Source: Verrucomicrobiales bacterium
GTDB taxonomy: Bacteria > Verrucomicrobiota > Verrucomicrobiia > Limisphaerales > UBA1100
Direction of reading: 5' to 3'
DNA: 64,000 nucleotides
NCBI GenBank assembly: GCA_038139415.1
Contig: JAYOSV010000004.1
Coordinates: 6,233 to 70,232 of the forward strand
The notes under the pieces were generated by a model. It did no database searches. It saw nothing but the letters and a program-made list of their open reading frames with translations, and was not told where the DNA came from. Shown piece after piece: positions 39,743 through 48,921 of this stretch. The position numbers and the translations under genes are program-made. How positions within the stretch are numbered: the stretch's first letter is position 1; the number at the start of each line of letters is the position of its first letter.

Positions 39743-40830
39743 TGCTTCTTGGGGGTGGGGGTAATGGGTTTAGGGGGCGTGAGGGATTTGATGAAATCCG
39801 CTGGGCTGGCGCCGTTGTAGCCGTTTAGGCGTTGGACTTCGGTGCCGTTGGCTTCGAGCACGAGCACGGTGGGGAAGCTCTGCACGCGGTAGGCGCGCGC
39901 GAGGATTTGATTGGCTTCCCGCTGCGGATCGGCTTGCGGTTTGTTGCGCGGGAAATCCACCTTCACGAGGACAAAATGTTCTTTGGCGTGCTGGAGGAAC
40001 TCCGGTTGGGTTAACACTTTGTCGTGCAGGGCGATGCAGGGTGGGCACCAATCGGAGCCCGTGAAGTCTACGAAGAGCCGTTTCTTTTGTTCGGTGGCAC
40101 GTAATTGGGCGGCGGGGAAATCCTCGGTCCAAGCCTTTTCGGCTTCGGCCTGGGCGGCGAGGTCGATGAGCTCTATATCGGCACCCAATACCCAGCCGTG
40201 GCCAGGGAGTTTCACGCAGTTGTTGAGCTTGAGCTGATAGCTGCGGCCGGCGCAACTGAAGAGCACATCGGCTGCGCCTTCGGGCAGGGGAGTGGCCATG
40301 TTTATGCCTGGCCGCACGACGATGCTCGGGGCGGTGGATTGTGTCCAATCAGGCGCATCCCCGGCGGCGGCTTGGGTGAGGAGGGTGGTGTTTTGTTTTT
40401 TAAATTCCTGCACGCCCTCGGTCAGGCCGGGTTTCATGGGTTCAAATTGACGGTCCGGTTCGGCGAGAAACAGTTCGAGTTTCTCCAGTGTATTGGTGTG
40501 TACGACCGTGCGGTTGGTGGCGGGCACGGCTTTGATGCGGGCAGCACTGATGCGGGCGTCGACGATGTACACTTGTTTCATGCCAGCGTGCAGGGTTTCC
40601 TCGGGTAATCCCCAGAGCGCTAGGGGAGCCAGCTTGGCGGGGTCGCCACTGAGGAAGGCGACATGCACCTGACGGGCGAGTTCACGGATTGCCGCTTCGG
40701 CTTCGGCCTGCGGATCAGCCTTCACCAGCGGCTTGGGCTGGGAGGGCGTGGGTTGAGCCTTGGGTTTACAGCCGATGAGGCCGGCCGTTAATAGTGTGAT
40801 TCCCAATACCCATGCAAACGAACCGCGCAT
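39739..40830 (-). CDS. Thioredoxin-fold lipoprotein (CPPC) with ~240-aa N-terminal extension
   Basis: 363 aa. Lipobox LIGCK and a C-terminal VDFTGSDWCPPCIALHDKVL domain paralogous to 39248..39742. ATGA overlap with the downstream gene. Confidence 0.75.
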   Translation of the reverse strand: MRGSFAWVLGITLLTAGLIGCKPKAQPTPSQPKPLVKADPQAEAEAAIRELARQVHVAFLSGDPAKLAPLALWGLPEETLHAGMKQVYIVDARISAARIKAVPATNRTVVHTNTLEKLELFLAEPDRQFEPMKPGLTEGVQEFKKQNTTLLTQAAAGDAPDWTQSTAPSIVVRPGINMATPLPEGAADVLFSCAGRSYQLKLNNCVKLPGHGWVLGADIELIDLAAQAEAEKAWTEDFPAAQLRATEQKKRLFVDFTGSDWCPPCIALHDKVLTQPEFLQHAKEHFVLVKVDFPRNKPQADPQREANQILARAYRVQSFPTVLVLEANGTEVQRLNGYNGASPADFIKSLTPPKPITPTPKKQ

Positions 40831-40935
40831 GAGCTCAAGGTAAGCGGCCGCCGTGGCGGCGTCAATCCGCAGTCGGCAGGTCGAAGCGAATCTCCAGTCC
40901 GCCGAGGATGGAGCAATCCTCGGGAGGGAGCGGTG

Positions 40936-41625
40936 CTAGTACGAGCGCCCGGCGCGGTCGAAGTTTTTGCCGTCAATCAGGCGGCCTTGAACATACTCGC
41001 CACGAAGCTTCACCTGATTGGTGCCTGCGTAGTAGAAAAACACTGTGCCGGTGTACAGACGGCCTTTTTTCCAAAGACCCTCGCGATGGGGGAGCCCGGC
41101 TGCATCGCGCTGCAAACCTTCGCCTTCGCGGAGGCCTCCGAGGAATTCGCCCTCATAAAGCACGCGCCCTTCGGCATCTGTTTCCTGGCCAATCCCGCTG
41201 AACGATGCTGTGGCTTCGGGGGCATACACCAATCCATCGTCCCGCTGGGTTACTGCCTGTACGAGAGTGGTGGCTGGGGCTGGTTGAGGTTCGGGTGTGG
41301 GAAGTTGAGGGATGGTTGGCTCCGTTGGCTTGGCGGGGGCGGGGGCCTCAACGGTTTCCGCATTCAAGCCGGGTATCAACGGTGGCGCCATGTAGGGCCG
41401 CTCGGCTGGCGTAATATCTGGCTGGGTGTCCGGCGGGGTCTCAGGCCCGGGTAAGGCGGGGGCGAGGGCGGTCGCTTCTGCGGCTTCATCCGGCCCGAGA
41501 TTATCAGGGATCAGAATCAAAGGCTGCTTCGTCTCGGGCGCGGCGGAGTTGGGAAACATAATGCCGCAGCCCGTATTCAACAGCGCCAGCGCCAAGCCAA
41601 GAGCCAAGCCAAGTGTGAGGTTCAT
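40936..41625 (-). CDS. MORN-variant (YwqK-like) repeat lipoprotein with Pro-rich linker
   Basis: Start at the internal Met (MNLTLGLALGLALALLNTGCG). C-terminal repeats of the type GEGLQRDAAGLPHREGLWKKGRLYTGTVFFYYAGTNQVKLRGEY. Confidence 0.65.
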   Translation of the reverse strand: MNLTLGLALGLALALLNTGCGIMFPNSAAPETKQPLILIPDNLGPDEAAEATALAPALPGPETPPDTQPDITPAERPYMAPPLIPGLNAETVEAPAPAKPTEPTIPQLPTPEPQPAPATTLVQAVTQRDDGLVYAPEATASFSGIGQETDAEGRVLYEGEFLGGLREGEGLQRDAAGLPHREGLWKKGRLYTGTVFFYYAGTNQVKLRGEYVQGRLIDGKNFDRAGRSY

Positions 41626-42191
41626 GGTCTTCACAGTACCCCTAAACACAGCAAATGCAATGCCAGTCGGGCAATTACGGTGCCTGAAAATCCCCTTATT
41701 CCGCCTGTTTAGCCCCATTTTTGTAGGCCTTCCACTGCTCGTATTCGGGGGAAGCCATGTAGGCAACGAAGGGCTCGGCTTTGTTGAAATCGATGGGGAA
41801 ACGGACGGGGGTGTGGCCTACAGCGCCTTGAGGGCGCGCCGCCCCAATGTACCGGAAATCCAGGCGCCTGTGGCATATGTGGATAAATCGCGGGAAAAAC
41901 CCACCGATTTATTTGATTCTATGACACTTTTTTGTGTTTTTGTGGGTTTTTTACTTTGACCGAACAGAGCGTGTTTGGTTTTCTCCGCACTCCTTCAAAG
42001 AGATGAAGAGCCCAAATCCCAACAATTCATTCGATAAAGTCATGGCGGCAATCGCCATTTTGGCTCTGATTGGGTTTGTGGTGAGCTTGTTCAAGATCAT
42101 GGGTTAAAGGACTGTTTGCGCCTTGTTTTCACGCAGTCATTGCGGCATTATTTCCTAACATAATTTGAATGGTCGGTGCATTTAGCCGTCC

Positions 42192-44987
42192 ATGTTTATC
42201 CCAATGAAATTACGATTTTTTTTCCCCCTAATGGCCGCAACCGTGGCGTTCAACGGCCCGCTGGAGGCGAAGGAGAAACTGCCGACTGCGGAGCAACGGT
42301 TTGGCGGGAAAACAGAGGAGGCGGAGAGCCCGAGCTTTCGTCGGCACGTAGTCCCATTGGCGAGTAAGCTGGGCTGCAGCGGGCGCGAGTGCCACGGCTC
42401 GTTTCAGGGACGCGGCGATTTTCAGTTGAGCCTGTTTGGCTACGATTTCGGCAAAGACCATAAGGCTATCACTGATGACTCGGAAAACCGCATTCGCGTG
42501 GATTTCGAGAATCCCGCAGAGAGTTTGTTCATCCAGAAACCGCTTAAGCAGGTAAAGCACAAGGGAGGGGAGATCTACGACGAAGGCAGCTGGGAGCACA
42601 ATGTGATGCTCAAGTGGATTCAGGACGGCGCGAAGCTGGATGTGGTAGAAACCGGCGCTTTCGACCGGCTGGAGGTATTCCCCAAGGAGTTTGTTGGTAA
42701 ACAGGTGGGTGATACGATGCAGCTTAAGGTTTTGGCCTACTGGAAGGATGGCACGGTGGAGGATGTGACCGCTTTCACACGGTTTGATACCAATGACGAA
42801 AGCGTCGCGACGGTCAACGATCTGGGCGAGGTGAAATTGGTCGGCAAGGGTGATTCGCACGTGGTGGCATTTTACGACAATGGCGTGCTGCCGTTGCCCG
42901 TGATGTTACCGGTGAGCGATCAAGTGGGCTCCAAGTATCCAAAAGTGGAAGCCACCACGCCGATTGATAAAGCGATTGCCACCAAGCTGCAGAAGGTGGG
43001 CATTGTGCCGAGCGAGGTGTGCACGGATCAGGAATTTCTGCGCCGGGTGACTCTGGATGTGACCGGGACATTGCCGACCGCGCAGGAAGTAAAATCCTTT
43101 CTTGCCAGCAAGGATTCCAAAAAGCGGCAAAAGAAGGTGGACGAACTCCTAAGCCGCCCGGCCTACGCCGCTTGGTGGGCGACCAAGCTTAATGATTTTC
43201 AGGGCAACAGCCCGCAACAAATCCGCGCGAGCCAATATATTCCGCGCGACGTGAATCTCAGCAGCGATTGGTACAACTGGGTGTACAAGCGCGTGCTCGA
43301 AAACAAGCCCTACGATGAGATTGTGGAGGGCATCGTGCTGGCCTCAGGTCGGTCCAAACCGGATCAATCCTACATCGATTACACCAAGGAAATGGCGCAA
43401 TATCATCGAGAGAAAAATCCCAAGGATTTTGCCGAGCGCAAGGATATGCCGTGGTTCTGGGCCCGACGTAATATCCGCCAGCCCGAGGAAAAGGCGATGG
43501 CCTTTGCCTATAGCTTCCTCGGTGTGCGCATCCAGTGCGCTCAGTGCCACAAGCACCCGTTTGACCAATGGACACAAGCCGACTTCAACTCGTTCAAGGC
43601 CTTCTTTGAGCGCATCACCATGGGCAGCCAAAACCTACCGCAGGACAAGGGCAACAACTACCGCGACCTCACCAATAAGCTGCGCGAGATAGCCAACTAC
43701 GATCCCAAGGATAAGACCCAAAACCGAAACCGCGCCCTCCGGCCAGTGGTGGAGAAACGCGTGGCCGCGGGTGAGCCGGTGCCGTGGCAGGAGGTGTATA
43801 TCCGCGCCGAACAAAACCGCAAATACTCCCCGGCCCAAATCGAGAAGATTAAGAAGCGTAACCCGAACTTTAACGCTCGCGTGATCACGCCCAAGGTGCT
43901 CGGCGGTGATACCATGGATGTGAAATATCCCGATCCGCGCACGCCGTTGATGGACTGGTTGCGCGCCAAAGAAAACCCCTACTTCGCCCGCGCTTTTGTG
44001 AACCGTGTGTGGGCACATTATTTCAACCGCGGCCTGGTGGAGCCGGCCGATGACCTAAACCTCGCCAACCCGCCCACCAACGCAGGCGTCATGACGCATC
44101 TCGCCGAGGGTTTCGTGTCCAGCGGATACGACATGAAATGGGTGCATCGCGAAATCTTAAACTCCGACGCCTACCAACGATCCTGGCGCGTGAACGCCAC
44201 CAACGAGCATGATGACAAGAATTTCAGCCGCTACGTTATCAAGCGCCTGCCCGCCGAGGTGGCTGCTGACGCCATTCGTCTGGCCACCGGCTCCAGCGAG
44301 CGCGTGGAGGAATTTGCCAGCAACATGGACACCCGCATGATTGGCAACAGCAGTGTGGGTAATTACCGCGGCCGCTCCGCCAACTACATGCTCGGCATCT
44401 TTGGTAAGCCGCAGCGTGAAAATAACTGTGACTGCGAACGCACCGTTGACCCCACCCTATTGCAGACCCTTTACACGCGGAACGACCCCGAGATGCTCAC
44501 GCAGCTTTCTGCCCGCGGCGGCTGGCTTGATGAACTGCGGCGCGAACTTAAGATTCCCTCCACCACCGATAACCAGCGCCAGATCACGCGCTATCAGGCG
44601 AACATCAAGGCCGCCCGCAAACGCCTGGCACAATTGCAGGCCGCCCTGCCGAAAAAGCCGGCCGACACTAACCCCGGTACACTAAAGGTATACGAGGCCA
44701 AGCTTAAGACCTATAAAAAACAAAAGGAGAAGATCGACAGTGCCCTGCGTGACTACACCGAGAAAATGGCCGAGCTGCGGCCCCAACCCGGTGCCGTGCG
44801 AGAGTTACCCGAAGGCGCTGAAGCGCTCATCACCGAGACCTTCCTGCGCACCGTGAGTCGGTACCCTTCCCACAAGGAAATGGAAATGGCCCGCACGGAT
44901 CTGGTTAAGGCCCCGAACGTCGTGGCCGGCCTGCAGGAACTCCTGCTGGCCCTGCTCAACACCAAGGAATTCATGGTAAACCACTAG
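42192..44987 (+). CDS. DUF1549 (PSCyt2) / Big_2 / DUF1553 (PSD1) domain protein
   Basis: 931 aa. Signal peptide and Big_2-like segment (QLKVLAYWKDGTVEDVTAFTRFDTNDESVATVN). DUF1549 motif FLRRVTLDVTGTLPTAQEV. CAQCHKHPFDQW and the DUF1553 C-terminal region ending LLNTKEFMVNH. Confidence 0.85.
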   Translation: MFIPMKLRFFFPLMAATVAFNGPLEAKEKLPTAEQRFGGKTEEAESPSFRRHVVPLASKLGCSGRECHGSFQGRGDFQLSLFGYDFGKDHKAITDDSENRIRVDFENPAESLFIQKPLKQVKHKGGEIYDEGSWEHNVMLKWIQDGAKLDVVETGAFDRLEVFPKEFVGKQVGDTMQLKVLAYWKDGTVEDVTAFTRFDTNDESVATVNDLGEVKLVGKGDSHVVAFYDNGVLPLPVMLPVSDQVGSKYPKVEATTPIDKAIATKLQKVGIVPSEVCTDQEFLRRVTLDVTGTLPTAQEVKSFLASKDSKKRQKKVDELLSRPAYAAWWATKLNDFQGNSPQQIRASQYIPRDVNLSSDWYNWVYKRVLENKPYDEIVEGIVLASGRSKPDQSYIDYTKEMAQYHREKNPKDFAERKDMPWFWARRNIRQPEEKAMAFAYSFLGVRIQCAQCHKHPFDQWTQADFNSFKAFFERITMGSQNLPQDKGNNYRDLTNKLREIANYDPKDKTQNRNRALRPVVEKRVAAGEPVPWQEVYIRAEQNRKYSPAQIEKIKKRNPNFNARVITPKVLGGDTMDVKYPDPRTPLMDWLRAKENPYFARAFVNRVWAHYFNRGLVEPADDLNLANPPTNAGVMTHLAEGFVSSGYDMKWVHREILNSDAYQRSWRVNATNEHDDKNFSRYVIKRLPAEVAADAIRLATGSSERVEEFASNMDTRMIGNSSVGNYRGRSANYMLGIFGKPQRENNCDCERTVDPTLLQTLYTRNDPEMLTQLSARGGWLDELRRELKIPSTTDNQRQITRYQANIKAARKRLAQLQAALPKKPADTNPGTLKVYEAKLKTYKKQKEKIDSALRDYTEKMAELRPQPGAVRELPEGAEALITETFLRTVSRYPSHKEMEMARTDLVKAPNVVAGLQELLLALLNTKEFMVNH

Positions 44988-45050
44988 GGGAAAACTGGAA
45001 ACGAGAGATTTTAGATTCGAGAACAATTTAACTTTAAACAACACACTACA

Positions 45051-46355
45051 ATGGCAACACACACATTCTGCGACGGCGTTCAACGGCGCGACTTTCTAAA
45101 GGTTGGTGCGGTGAGCGGATTTGGACTAGGCATGGGCCTTCCGCAATTCCTAGCTAAAGCCAGCGAAGGGGAGCTCAATCCCAAGGCTAAGGGCAAGGCG
45201 GCGATCTTCGTGCGCTTGGGCGGCGGCCCCACTCACATGGATACCTTTGATCTCAAGCCGGATGCGCCCGATACGCACCGCGGCGAGTTCAAGGAGATCA
45301 AAACTAATGTGCCTGGCATGCGTTTCTGCGAACACCTGCCCAAGCTCGCGAAGGTGGCTGATAAGTTTGCCATCTTGCGAGGGGTTAGTCACACGCTGGC
45401 CGCCCACGGGCTCGGCACCCAGTATTTGATGACCGGCAACCGTCCCCTGCCCAGCCTCCGGTACCCCAGCTACGGCGCGGTGGTGAGCAAGGAAATGGAG
45501 AGCCCCAAGGAACTGCCCGCGTTTGTGGCTGTGCCGAATCAAGGCAATTACCCGACCGGCTTTCTCGGAGTGGAATACGGTCCGTTTGAGACCGGTAGCA
45601 CGCCGACGGCCGGCGAGCCCATGCAGGTGCGTGGCCTCGCCTTGCGCGGAATAACGCTTGATGACGTGGATCGCCGCAACAACATGGTGGCCAAGTATGA
45701 TCAGGCCTTTGGCAGTTTTGCCCAGAACGATAAGATCCTCGCGGGCATGGATGAATTTAGCGCCAAGGCCTACCAGATGATGCGTAGCACCAAGGCGCGC
45801 GAGGCCTTCGATCTCACCAAAGAGAGCTCCGGCATCACCGGCATGTTCGATGACCAGCCCTTCTCCCAGAGCTGCCTGCTCGCTACGCGCCTTGTGGAAA
45901 GCGGTGTGAAATTTGTCACCCTCAACCTTGGTGGTTGGGATACCCACCAGGATAACTGGAGCCGTCTCAAGGACCGTAACCTGCCCGCGCTCGATGCCGG
46001 CCTGAGTGGCCTCTACCGGGCGTTGGAGGAAAAAGGCTTGTTGGAGAGTACCTCCGTGTTTGTCACCGGCGAATTTGGCCGCACCCCCAAGATCAATCAG
46101 CGGGTGGGCCGCGATCATTACCCGCGGGCGATGTTCTGCCTGATGGCCGGCGGCGGTATGCAAGGCGGCCAGGTGATCGGTGCCTCCGATGCCAAGGGCG
46201 AAGGCCCCAAGGATCGCGCCATTTCTCCCGACGATGTGGCCGCGAGTTTCATGCATTCTTTGGGTATCGATCCCACTAAGGAATATCACACGCCCACGGG
46301 GAGGCCGGTGATGATCGTGCGCGACGGCACAGTGATTCCGGAACTATTTAGTTAA
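45051..46355 (+). CDS. DUF1501 domain protein (sulfatase/alkaline-phosphatase-like, Tat signal)
   Basis: 434 aa. RRDFLKVGAVSG twin-Arg signal, GGWDTHQDN and GEFGRTPKIN...GRDHY motifs. Confidence 0.9.
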   Translation: MATHTFCDGVQRRDFLKVGAVSGFGLGMGLPQFLAKASEGELNPKAKGKAAIFVRLGGGPTHMDTFDLKPDAPDTHRGEFKEIKTNVPGMRFCEHLPKLAKVADKFAILRGVSHTLAAHGLGTQYLMTGNRPLPSLRYPSYGAVVSKEMESPKELPAFVAVPNQGNYPTGFLGVEYGPFETGSTPTAGEPMQVRGLALRGITLDDVDRRNNMVAKYDQAFGSFAQNDKILAGMDEFSAKAYQMMRSTKAREAFDLTKESSGITGMFDDQPFSQSCLLATRLVESGVKFVTLNLGGWDTHQDNWSRLKDRNLPALDAGLSGLYRALEEKGLLESTSVFVTGEFGRTPKINQRVGRDHYPRAMFCLMAGGGMQGGQVIGASDAKGEGPKDRAISPDDVAASFMHSLGIDPTKEYHTPTGRPVMIVRDGTVIPELFS

Positions 46356-46377
46356 ATTTAACCGCCAATTATCACTG

Positions 46378-46406
46378 GGACCCCGCGTCAAACCGCGGGG
46401 TTTTTT
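46378..46406 (+). terminator. Rho-independent terminator
   Basis: CCCCGCG (46380-86), loop tcaaac, CGCGGGG (46393-99), followed by TTTTTTCAC. Lies 25 nt after the DUF1501 stop. Confidence 0.75.
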
Positions 46407-46833
46407 CACGTCGAGACCCCTAGTTAATTAAATGAGAATAAACCTCAAAAACATATTAACTTGCGAATGAGACTCAGTTTCAATGACGGCCTCCTGCGGC
46501 TGGTGCGTTTCCTACTGACCGGTCGAGGGTTGTTAAAATGCAGTAATTAGAAATTTCTGTGGCGGCTCCGCTTCAGAAAACCCCGGAGACCCGGCTGTAG
46601 GTTGGTGCACTCCCGAAAGCAAAATGCTTATTCAGCCTCATCGGCATCGAGTGCGACAACTCTGGCCGTTGCGCCTGGTTTTGTGGATGGAATCAATTCA
46701 TCTATGCTCAGTTCTCCTTCTGACGCAAAGACGACCGCTAACAAGGAAAAAGATACCAAAGACGGCTTCTTTCAGACTGCGGGCGGGAAAGTTGGCTCAG
46801 AAAGAGGCCGGACGGGCGCCTATTCAGTGAACC

Positions 46834-47208
46834 GTGGTGCTCTCAGTTACGGGTGCCCCTCTCCATTTCACATTTATTACCTACGTTAAATTAGACATTC
46901 ATCACTACGAACCGAATTCCAGAGACACCATATTCAGTTGTCCCGGAGAATATGGACAAGAGGTATATCTATGCGGTGAATTTACCCAACCAGACTCCGA
47001 ACGCTTGCCGATGGAATGGCAGAATGGAAAATGGCAGGTCCGCGTGGCCTTGCCAGCAGGCATGTATGCATACCAGTTTGAAATTGATGGGCAACGGACG
47101 CGGGATAAAACTGTGCAGGGTACAGTTAACCCCACCCATTCTCGCTCTCGTCGTGGATGCTGGAGCTTGGCCGTGGCACCTAATTGGATGCGCCCAACTG
47201 TAGTGTAG
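46834..47208 (+). CDS. Small CBM48/AMPK-glycogen-binding-like (E-set) domain protein, possibly a gene remnant
   Basis: FSCPGEYGQEVYLCGEFTQPDSERLPMEWQNGKWQVRVALPAGMYAYQFEIDGQRTRD fits the pattern V.L.G.F..W....M......W...L.L..G.Y.YKF.VDG. Only a GTG start is available. Sits in an AT-richer spacer. Confidence 0.4.
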   Translation: MVLSVTGAPLHFTFITYVKLDIHHYEPNSRDTIFSCPGEYGQEVYLCGEFTQPDSERLPMEWQNGKWQVRVALPAGMYAYQFEIDGQRTRDKTVQGTVNPTHSRSRRGCWSLAVAPNWMRPTVV

Positions 47209-47489
47209 CGAATGCTTTTTACTTGGCTAAGCCACCACGGGTTGCTTCAAATTGCGGCGTGATTCTGCTGCATTTGCAACCCTCTTTTCACCTGCACGCC
47301 ACCGATGCCGCTTGGATGGTGGCCGGGGCGGCGGCAGTGGCGCTGGGCTTCTGGCTAGCTCGGCGGGCGCGTTAGGCATCGGTTCTTCCATTTTTCGCCG
47401 AAGTTTGGCATAAACCCGGTCCCGATTTTGCCGATTAATAAATAATTGAAACTCTTTGGCGCATTTTGCGTCTTATTTTACTCCTCAAC

Positions 47490-48905
47490 ATGAACCCGCT
47501 TGAACATCAACCGCAGCCGCAGGATTTCTTCCAGACACGGCGTCAATTTCTGAGCCGCCTAGGCATGGGCATGGGTGCCGTGGGGCTGGCCACGGTGTTG
47601 CCGAACCTGGCCGCCGCGCCGAACCCGAGTGCCGGCCTGCAGACCGCCGCCATGGCCAACCCGATGCGGGCCCGCAAACCGCAGTTTGCCGCCAAAGCCA
47701 AGCGGGTGATTCATATCTTCTCGCAGGGCGCGCCGTCCCATCTGGACACGTGGGATCATAAACCCGCGTTGGCCAAGCACGCGGATCAAAATGTGAAAGC
47801 GATCGGCGGAGTGCCGTTGCCCGCGCAATTCGGATTCAAGAAAATGGGCCAGAGCGGCACGCCTGTGAGCGAGGTGTTCGATCAGATCGGCCAACACGTT
47901 GACGACATCGCCGTGATCAACTCCATGCACACAAACATTCCGGCTCATGAATTTGCTACGGTGATGATGAACACCGGCGCCGGCCGCATGGTGAAACCCT
48001 CAATGGGGTCATGGATGTTGTACGGCCTCGGCACGGAAAACCAAAACCTGCCCGGCTATATCGTGCTGGGCAGTGGTCTTGGTGGCGCCAAGAACTGGCG
48101 TAGTGCCTTCCTGCCTGGGGCCTTCCAGGGAGCCCTTATCCCGCGCGCGGAAGCCAACGTGGAGCGGACTATCGCCAACATTAAGAATTACAGCTACAAC
48201 CTCAAGGAACAACGCGAGCAACTGGACCTGCTCAAGACGCTGAACCAGCAACATCAGGCGAAGCTGCAGGAGGAAGCCGATCTCGAGGCACGCATCCAGT
48301 CCTTTGAACTGGCCTTCAAAATGCAGACCGCGGCCACTGATGCCTTTGATTTTACCAAGGAAAACAAGGTCACCCGTAATGCCTACGGCGATACCGAAAC
48401 CGGTCGTCGCATGCTCACCGCCCGTCGGCTCGTGGAGCGCGGGGTCCGGTTTGTGCAGGTGTGGCACAACGGCTGGGATCATCACACTGCCCTCAAGGAA
48501 AATCTGACCACCCGCGCCAACGAAGCCAACCAGCCCATCGCCGCGCTGCTCGCTGACCTCAAGGAACGCGGTATGCTCGAGGATACACTGGTGATTTGGG
48601 GCGGAGAATTCGGCCGCACCCCGCGCCACGACCGTGGCGGCCGCGGCGAACCGGGTCGCGATCACCATCATCACGGATTCTCCATGTGGATGGCCGGCGG
48701 CGGCGTGAAGGGCGGTATCGTCCACGGGGCCACCGATGAATTTGGCTACAAGGCCGTTCAAGACAAGGTGCACGTGCATGACCTGCACGCCACGATTCTG
48801 AAACTGATGGGCTTCGATCACGAGAAGCTCACCTACCGTTATCAGGGCCGCGACTTCCGTCTCACCGATGTGTACGGGGATGTGGTCGAGAAACTGATCG
48901 CTTAA
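47490..48905 (+). CDS. DUF1501 domain protein (Tat signal)
   Basis: Start at Met9 (MNPLEHQ...TRRQFLSRLGMGMGAVG). GWDHH and GGEFGRTPRHD...GRDHHHHG motifs. Paralog of 45051..46355. Confidence 0.9.
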   Translation: MNPLEHQPQPQDFFQTRRQFLSRLGMGMGAVGLATVLPNLAAAPNPSAGLQTAAMANPMRARKPQFAAKAKRVIHIFSQGAPSHLDTWDHKPALAKHADQNVKAIGGVPLPAQFGFKKMGQSGTPVSEVFDQIGQHVDDIAVINSMHTNIPAHEFATVMMNTGAGRMVKPSMGSWMLYGLGTENQNLPGYIVLGSGLGGAKNWRSAFLPGAFQGALIPRAEANVERTIANIKNYSYNLKEQREQLDLLKTLNQQHQAKLQEEADLEARIQSFELAFKMQTAATDAFDFTKENKVTRNAYGDTETGRRMLTARRLVERGVRFVQVWHNGWDHHTALKENLTTRANEANQPIAALLADLKERGMLEDTLVIWGGEFGRTPRHDRGGRGEPGRDHHHHGFSMWMAGGGVKGGIVHGATDEFGYKAVQDKVHVHDLHATILKLMGFDHEKLTYRYQGRDFRLTDVYGDVVEKLIA

Positions 48906-48921
48906 CCTACCTTCATTTCTT

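Noticed and set aside
42003-42107. 34-codon ORF (MKSPNPNNSFDKVMAAIAILALIGFVVSLFKIMG) encoding a single hydrophobic helix, in the 566-nt divergent intergenic region.
   Set aside because: It is very short, has no Shine-Dalgarno and no homology evidence. It may be a real small membrane protein but cannot be supported from sequence alone.
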